Positions 29,087 to 34,088 of a DNA stretch of 34,088 nt are shown one piece after another; within the stretch, counting starts at the first letter, position 1; each line of letters opens with the position of its first letter. The DNA is taken from the NCBI GenBank assembly GCA_001303665.1, contig LJUF01000001.1, forward strand, positions 1 through 34,088, in the 5' to 3' direction. Made by a program: the position numbers and the translations under genes. Below the pieces are notes generated by a model, which saw only the letters and a list, made by a program, of their open reading frames with translations, ran no database searches and had not been told where the DNA came from. The DNA comes from Phycisphaerae bacterium SM23_33 (lineage in GTDB: Bacteria > Planctomycetota > Phycisphaerae > SM23-33).

Positions 29087-31516
29087 TTATAGGTATGGTA
29101 ATAACGTACATCTGCACATTGGATGAAGTGGCGGTGAAATTACATCCTCATAGTCGAACTTCATCGTCTGTTGCTTACCGTCCTCCATTTCAACCGCCAT
29201 CGTGTCGCCCCGTTTCCAAAAGCTGTCGCCCACCTTGATGATCTTCTCGTGCATCTCCGCGCACCAGGGGCAACGTCGTTCGTCAATCGCTGAATACCAT
29301 TGTTTGAGTTGTATCCCCCACCCGTTGTAAAGCATGTCGGCTGCCCGACCACTCGCCCTGATACTCTCAGTCCTCGATATGTTTTCGCGCCGGTAAGCCG
29401 GCATCCGCTGCTCGAACCAGGCGAAGTCCTCCGGCGAAAGGTCGCCCCCCATCCATTGCCCGAAAACTTCTTCCAAATGCTTTTGCATCGTCGGGATGCT
29501 CCACCCCTCTTCCATCGCCTGCCTGAAGACCTGGCTCATCATGTTGTCGGTAACATCAATGATTTCCTCGGTGAACGGCATCAGGTAGGAATCCAGGAAC
29601 TCGCTGGTGAGTACGTTGTACACGTCGAATTCCATCCCGAACTCCGCGTTCAACTGCGTTGCCCTGTCCACTATCAGCCCCGATACGACTGGCACGAACG
29701 TCTTCCGCCAGTTGTCCTTGCCCGCCATCGCCAAATAATCGGTCACCGCCAGCAAGACCGTCCCCCAGGCCACCGTCGCCTTGTCCTGCAATGCCTTCGC
29801 CTTGCCTTCCGAGACAATGGCCAGGATCTCCCGCAGGTCGTTCCCGAACGCCTCCGCCGCCGCGTCCCCGAAGCGTTTCTCCCACGAGCGGGCCTGGGCG
29901 TCCATCTGCTTCCAGAAGGCGGCTTTCTGCTCGGCGGTCATGCGGGACTGCTCCGGCGCTTCCGTCTCTTCCTCTTGCGCTATGGCCTTGGCTTCTTCTC
30001 CCTCCGCCTGCTCCTGCGCCCCCGGCGCGCCTTCCTCGGTTTCGGACTCCGCTTCTCCCTCCTCCCCGAAGCCCCGCGCCGGGACCTCGATGAGCGTCAT
30101 GGGGATCAGGTACACGTCGCCGCCCTCGACGGGGTCGAATTTGAGCACCGAGCGGTACTCGTTGCGGGTGATGCCCCCCGACTTGAAGGCCGTCGCCGCT
30201 GCTTCTTTCTTATCCGCCTCCGTCGGCGTCAGGGCAGGCACCCTGGACAGGTCGAAGGCCACGAACTCGCCGCGCTCCCCTTGCAGGTAATACTGGTAGT
30301 CCGCTTCGAACCAGCGCAGCTCCGGCGCCATCGTGTCCTCCCAGAACGCCTTGCGGGCCTCCTGGTAATTCGCGTAAGTAGCCCTGGAAAGGCCGATCCG
30401 GGTGCCGATCAGGATGGGCGGCACGCCGAAGGGTCCGGTGATGCGGGCCTCGCTGCGCTCGTCTATGACCTCGAAGCCCATCTCGTCAAAGGACAGGCCG
30501 AGGCGCTGGTACTCGCCGCCCTGGTCCAGCACGGCGATCTTGTGCATCTCGTCCGTGCCGCCGTAGATCTCCATCCACCGCTCGCGGGCGCGGGCCACGT
30601 CCACGTCCGTCATCGGCACGTCGAACTTCAGCAGGCCTGGCGGCATCGCGCCTTTCTCGAAGAAGAGCTTGAGGTACTTGGTGACCTGGTTGTCCACGTC
30701 GGCCGAGCGGGCCATGGGGGAGACGGGCGAGAGGCCGTAGCCCAGGCCGTCGAGGGGGTCGAGCGGGTTGGGAAGCTTGACGTGGATGACCTGTTGCGGC
30801 AGATAGGGCACGCCGTCGGCCTGCGATTTGCCTTCGGGCACGTAGTAGAAGCCGAGCAGCTTCTCGTCGCCGTCCCTGGCCTTCAGCGCCTTCCCGCCAG
30901 CGTCCAGAAGGGCTTTGTGTTCCCCCTTCTCTTTTTCGCCCACCCTCCACGTCGGATGGAACTTCATGGTTTTACCACGGTAGTCGGGGTGCGGGACGAT
31001 GTACGTCCTGTCCGGCCGCAGCAGCCACAGCGCTTTGGGCACCGGGCCGCCGTCGGGGTCCGGTTCCACGTAGATATAGACGTTGCCCGCCAGGTTGAGG
31101 TAGACCTCGGCGATGCCTTGGAACTCGCTCCAACTCATGTAGCGGTTGGGGCGGGCCGCGAGCCGCTGCAAGGGGTGGTCGGCGGGCAGGAGCTCCGGTT
31201 CGTCCTGCGTGCCGCCGTAGGCCCGGAGCGGCGCGATGGTGATGGACCGCACCTTGTACATGATGGCCGAGTAGACGACGGCGTTCTCGTTGAAGCCCTC
31301 CTGGGCATAGGCGGTGTAGTTGACGATCTGCCACTGGGGTTGGCCCATCCTCCAGGACGACCACAGGAACGGCGCGGCCTTCGCCTCCCCTGGCCAGGTG
31401 GGGACGGCCATCGGGGCACGGGCGGCGGGGCGGCGCGGGGCCATGTAGCGCGTGCCGTAGCGCCAGAAGTCCAGCGTCCATCTCAGGCGTTCAAGGAAGT
31501 TCGGTTTGTCCATCAT
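29087..31516 (-). CDS. Portal protein fused to an SPP1 gp7/MuF-like minor head protein domain
   Basis: 809 aa. The N-terminal ~480 aa has portal-like blocks (YSAIMYKVRSI, WLLRPDR, VDNQVTKYLKLFFEKGAMPP, GVPPILIG). An acidic linker follows. The C-terminus (ISRTESIRASG...RRCPWCAEMHEK...PPLHPMCRCTLLPY) is the MuF/gp7 signature. Confidence 0.85.
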   Translation of the reverse strand: MMDKPNFLERLRWTLDFWRYGTRYMAPRRPAARAPMAVPTWPGEAKAAPFLWSSWRMGQPQWQIVNYTAYAQEGFNENAVVYSAIMYKVRSITIAPLRAYGGTQDEPELLPADHPLQRLAARPNRYMSWSEFQGIAEVYLNLAGNVYIYVEPDPDGGPVPKALWLLRPDRTYIVPHPDYRGKTMKFHPTWRVGEKEKGEHKALLDAGGKALKARDGDEKLLGFYYVPEGKSQADGVPYLPQQVIHVKLPNPLDPLDGLGYGLSPVSPMARSADVDNQVTKYLKLFFEKGAMPPGLLKFDVPMTDVDVARARERWMEIYGGTDEMHKIAVLDQGGEYQRLGLSFDEMGFEVIDERSEARITGPFGVPPILIGTRIGLSRATYANYQEARKAFWEDTMAPELRWFEADYQYYLQGERGEFVAFDLSRVPALTPTEADKKEAAATAFKSGGITRNEYRSVLKFDPVEGGDVYLIPMTLIEVPARGFGEEGEAESETEEGAPGAQEQAEGEEAKAIAQEEETEAPEQSRMTAEQKAAFWKQMDAQARSWEKRFGDAAAEAFGNDLREILAIVSEGKAKALQDKATVAWGTVLLAVTDYLAMAGKDNWRKTFVPVVSGLIVDRATQLNAEFGMEFDVYNVLTSEFLDSYLMPFTEEIIDVTDNMMSQVFRQAMEEGWSIPTMQKHLEEVFGQWMGGDLSPEDFAWFEQRMPAYRRENISRTESIRASGRAADMLYNGWGIQLKQWYSAIDERRCPWCAEMHEKIIKVGDSFWKRGDTMAVEMEDGKQQTMKFDYEDVISPPLHPMCRCTLLPYL

Positions 31517-31611
31517 TATTCTCTGTCCCGGTTATAGAAACGAAAGAGCATAACTATGAAAAACGTTTGTAGCAACTCAATCATAACGAATAACCACTCG
31601 CTGTCTGTCAT
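31516..31611 (-). CDS. 31-aa hydrophobic micro-ORF between terL and portal (not in the ORF track)
   Basis: MTDSEWLFVMIELLQTFFIVMLFRFYNRDRE. Its ATG overlaps the terL stop (ATGA) and its TAA overlaps the portal ATG (TAATG). AT-rich. Confidence 0.35.
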   Translation of the reverse strand: MTDSEWLFVMIELLQTFFIVMLFRFYNRDRE

Positions 31612-33053
31612 CCCACGAAAACACCTTTACGCTTCAAATTCGCCAACACCACCGCGTCCCCGCAGTCAGGCGAACGCTTCAATCGTTTGACGATATCCTC
31701 CTTGCTCTCTACCTGGACGCCCTGCGTGGTGATCTTCCATTTCGGTGCGGTCAGATCGGCCAGCAGTTCCGGATCGTCGGGCAGGGCCACGTCGTCGCCG
31801 TCGTGCGGGTCCAGGCTCTCCCTCATGCCCCAGTACGCCTCGGCCCGCACGTTGCGCATCTCCAGCCGCTTCGACTTGTCCCTGGCTTTGGTGCCCTCCC
31901 CGAAGTTGACGCCCTTGACGCTGAAGCCTTGGTCGCGCAAGATGTCGTAGGGCGACGAACCCCAACCGACGATGTCCAGGTTGACGGGCACGGACTTGTC
32001 CCCGCCGACGGCGCTCACCACCAAAGCCGCCGCCCTCGGCCCGTCGGTCACGGCTTTGCCGGGATGCTTCGCCAGTTCGCCGAACCAGTTACCCCAGCGC
32101 GGGGCCATGACCATCCTGTCCTTGCCGCCCCTGGCTACGTCCACGCCCAGGCAGGTCATCGGCTCTCCCGGTTTCTCCCTTTCCTTCCACCGCTCTTGGG
32201 CGAGGCGGACCCAGTCGGTCGGTATGATCTGCCAAGGGTCATCCCCGACTCCGATAGTAAAGTCTCCATATAGGAGCTGACTTCTGAGAGGCTCCGGCAA
32301 TCCCTGTAGAATTGCCTCATAGCCCGTGTTAGCAAGGTAAGGGTTATCCGAAAGGCGTGCAGGTATAAAAGTGCGGCTTTTGGGCTGAATCGTTTCTCCG
32401 TCATGCTCGAACGGCTCACCGCTTTCCACCTCCACGTCCTCGTCCCCGACCCTGGCGAACCAGCGCAGTTCCCCCGGCACGGCGGGGTCGGGGTGCTTCT
32501 CGTCCAGCCAGGGAGCCCAAAATTTAATTACCCAACGTCCCGTTGCTGCTGTGGGTGGATTACCACAGGCAATCACGCGAACTCTCTGGCCAAGAATCGT
32601 AGTCCTGGCCCATGCTGTCAGAAATCTAAATTGATGCTCAGTGAAATCTGCGATTTCATCGAAGGCCACTAAATCGTGGGGACGACCTTTGAATCGAATT
32701 ACATCCTTCTCGTATTGGCAACTTGCTAGTTCAAGAATACGATCACCAGGTATGTCCCTCCAAAGCCCACTGACTGAATTGTATTTTGCATTGGTGTCAG
32801 CGAGAATCTCGTGGGTTCTCAAGACCACATCGCGAAGCTGCGGAAATTCCCGGCGTAGGAGCAAGCTCTTTTTGTGGCTTGTAAGGGCTAATCCGATAAG
32901 CAGATCGCTTTTTCCCCCGCCTGCTTGCCCTCCGAAATAAAGAATATCTGCTTCAGACAAACATGCCTGAAGTTGAGGCCCAGGGAGCGGCAACCAAAGT
33001 GCTTGATCCGGATATTGATAAAGATAGGTCAACCGAGCCAATTGAGTTTTCAC
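31608..33053 (-). CDS. terL: Terminase large subunit
   Basis: FGGQAGGGKSDLLIGLAL Walker A, LVAFDEI Walker B-like, and a C-terminal nuclease-like region (GVDVARGGKD). GTG start. Located upstream of the portal gene. Confidence 0.9.
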   Translation of the reverse strand: MKTQLARLTYLYQYPDQALWLPLPGPQLQACLSEADILYFGGQAGGGKSDLLIGLALTSHKKSLLLRREFPQLRDVVLRTHEILADTNAKYNSVSGLWRDIPGDRILELASCQYEKDVIRFKGRPHDLVAFDEIADFTEHQFRFLTAWARTTILGQRVRVIACGNPPTAATGRWVIKFWAPWLDEKHPDPAVPGELRWFARVGDEDVEVESGEPFEHDGETIQPKSRTFIPARLSDNPYLANTGYEAILQGLPEPLRSQLLYGDFTIGVGDDPWQIIPTDWVRLAQERWKEREKPGEPMTCLGVDVARGGKDRMVMAPRWGNWFGELAKHPGKAVTDGPRAAALVVSAVGGDKSVPVNLDIVGWGSSPYDILRDQGFSVKGVNFGEGTKARDKSKRLEMRNVRAEAYWGMRESLDPHDGDDVALPDDPELLADLTAPKWKITTQGVQVESKEDIVKRLKRSPDCGDAVVLANLKRKGVFVG

Positions 33054-33058
33054 GCATC

Positions 33059-33787
33059 TTACACGTAACCAAACGATTTATACATCAGTATGCGATTAAA
33101 GGCACTCGCCTGCCCTTCGCTACCATGCAACCAGTTATGATAACCCTGACTACATACAAATAAGTTTTCGAGACGGTTATCATGTTTATTCCCATTCAAA
33201 TGATGTACCAGTTCATCTGAGCACAAAGGGCGCCCAAGTTCTTTGGCTATGACAACGCGGTGCCCTAATTCATTATCAACAAATACATAAGGCCGATGAT
33301 CGCCGTTTGCGTGCAATCTGGCAACGTGGCATTCCCAACATACCTCGGCCCGCCTTGCCATTAGCTTGCCACATCCGCAAATATTATATTGTGGGGCTTC
33401 CGAAGGGTCTATGCCTCTAGTGTCAAGTAACGCCCGGACAGCCTCACTATCAGACTCCTTAATACGTTTATGTCTTCGGCAATTCAGGCATAATGCTGAT
33501 GTCTTCGCTTTCGGCGCTCCACATTCACAAAGGTTGTATTGACATGTATCACGGGGACTTCTGCCTTCGGCACTAAGCAACGCTCGCATGTTAGCACTAT
33601 TGAGCCTCCACTCACGCCTCCGACACCTCAGGCATCTCTTCCCGCCAGGACTTTTGAGTCCACCACACTCAGGACAAACGTAACGCTCCGGCTTGGATGC
33701 CTGGCCTACGCCAGCACATTTACTACATCTTTTGGATGTCCGATACTTATAGCCCCCACAATCAGGGCAAATATTCACGTTCGACAT
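33059..33787 (-). CDS. HNH endonuclease with four N-terminal zinc-ribbon repeats
   Basis: ELVHHLNGNKHDNRLENLFVC...HNWLH forms the HNH core. It is preceded by four repeats of a CxxC(G)...CxxC(R) pattern. ATG 33787 has a GAGGA SD (the track start is 33823). About 43% GC. Confidence 0.8.
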   Translation of the reverse strand: MSNVNICPDCGGYKYRTSKRCSKCAGVGQASKPERYVCPECGGLKSPGGKRCLRCRRREWRLNSANMRALLSAEGRSPRDTCQYNLCECGAPKAKTSALCLNCRRHKRIKESDSEAVRALLDTRGIDPSEAPQYNICGCGKLMARRAEVCWECHVARLHANGDHRPYVFVDNELGHRVVIAKELGRPLCSDELVHHLNGNKHDNRLENLFVCSQGYHNWLHGSEGQASAFNRILMYKSFGYV

Positions 33788-34088
33788 CTTGTTCCTCATT
33801 AGCTTGTGCATAAATCTCGGCAAGCTGCTTTAGTGCTCGCTCCTGTTGCTCTGCCGTTAGTTGTACATTCCCTACCAGCAATGGCCCACCTTCCGCCCCG
33901 GTGATCTCCTGCCGCAATTTTCTTCCCCCTGTCTCCTTTGCTAAATCATCCAACACGCCGCGCAACTCACTAATGATAGCCGCATTGAATCGCTCAATAT
34001 CTATTCGCTCAATATTCTTACCAGCGCCAATTTGCTTGACATCTGGCAACCATACATTATGATAATTCCCGTCTTCACCCTGCTCATA
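33762..34088 (-). CDS. terS: Probable terminase small subunit, C-terminal part (5' end outside the window)
   Basis: The frame is open from base 34088 (YEQGEDGNYHNVWLPDVKQIGAGKN...). Coiled-coil acidic C-terminus. The call rests on its position upstream of HNH and terL only. Confidence 0.45.
   Translation of the reverse strand, partial: YEQGEDGNYHNVWLPDVKQIGAGKNIERIDIERFNAAIISELRGVLDDLAKETGGRKLRQEITGAEGGPLLVGNVQLTAEQQERALKQLAEIYAQANEEQDVEREYLP

Overview
High-GC segment (spot counts about 65-67% GC, with 43-45% patches) of a siphovirus-type phage or prophage morphogenesis region, encoded almost entirely on the minus strand. Gene order, reading from 34088 down to 1: terminase small subunit (partial), multi-zinc-ribbon HNH, terminase large subunit, portal::MuF fusion, nine small accessory ORFs, twin intrinsic terminators, prohead protease/scaffold fusion, HK97-fold major capsid protein, decoration-like protein, a ~16.3 kb island of about 24 genes for glycan synthesis and tailoring, head-tail connector, terminator, a plus-strand cassette, HK97 gp10-like neck protein, neck protein, small unknown, major tail protein, G/GT chaperone pair with an A_AAA_AAC -1 frameshift site, and tape measure protein (partial). 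Two things look unusual. (1) The glycan island sits between the head and neck genes. It holds about 7 glycosyltransferases, 5 methyltransferases, 2 sulfotransferases, sugar-nucleotide enzymes and an orphan PhnD/PhnE importer. Its genes are translationally coupled and apparently share a transcription unit with protease and capsid. I saw no flippase, polymerase or priming transferase, which points to modification of a cytoplasmic target such as the virion. (2) The opposite-strand cassette at 3978-5572 has two (near-)consensus sigma70 promoters marked by a 17-bp direct repeat. The first transcript would start exactly at a 22-bp closing stem of a ~133-nt GC-rich structured RNA. The cassette also has a structured leader, a small HNH nuclease, an unknown protein with RAMP-like sequence features, degenerate flanking repeats and a terminator. 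All functional calls come from motif recognition by eye. No database search was possible.
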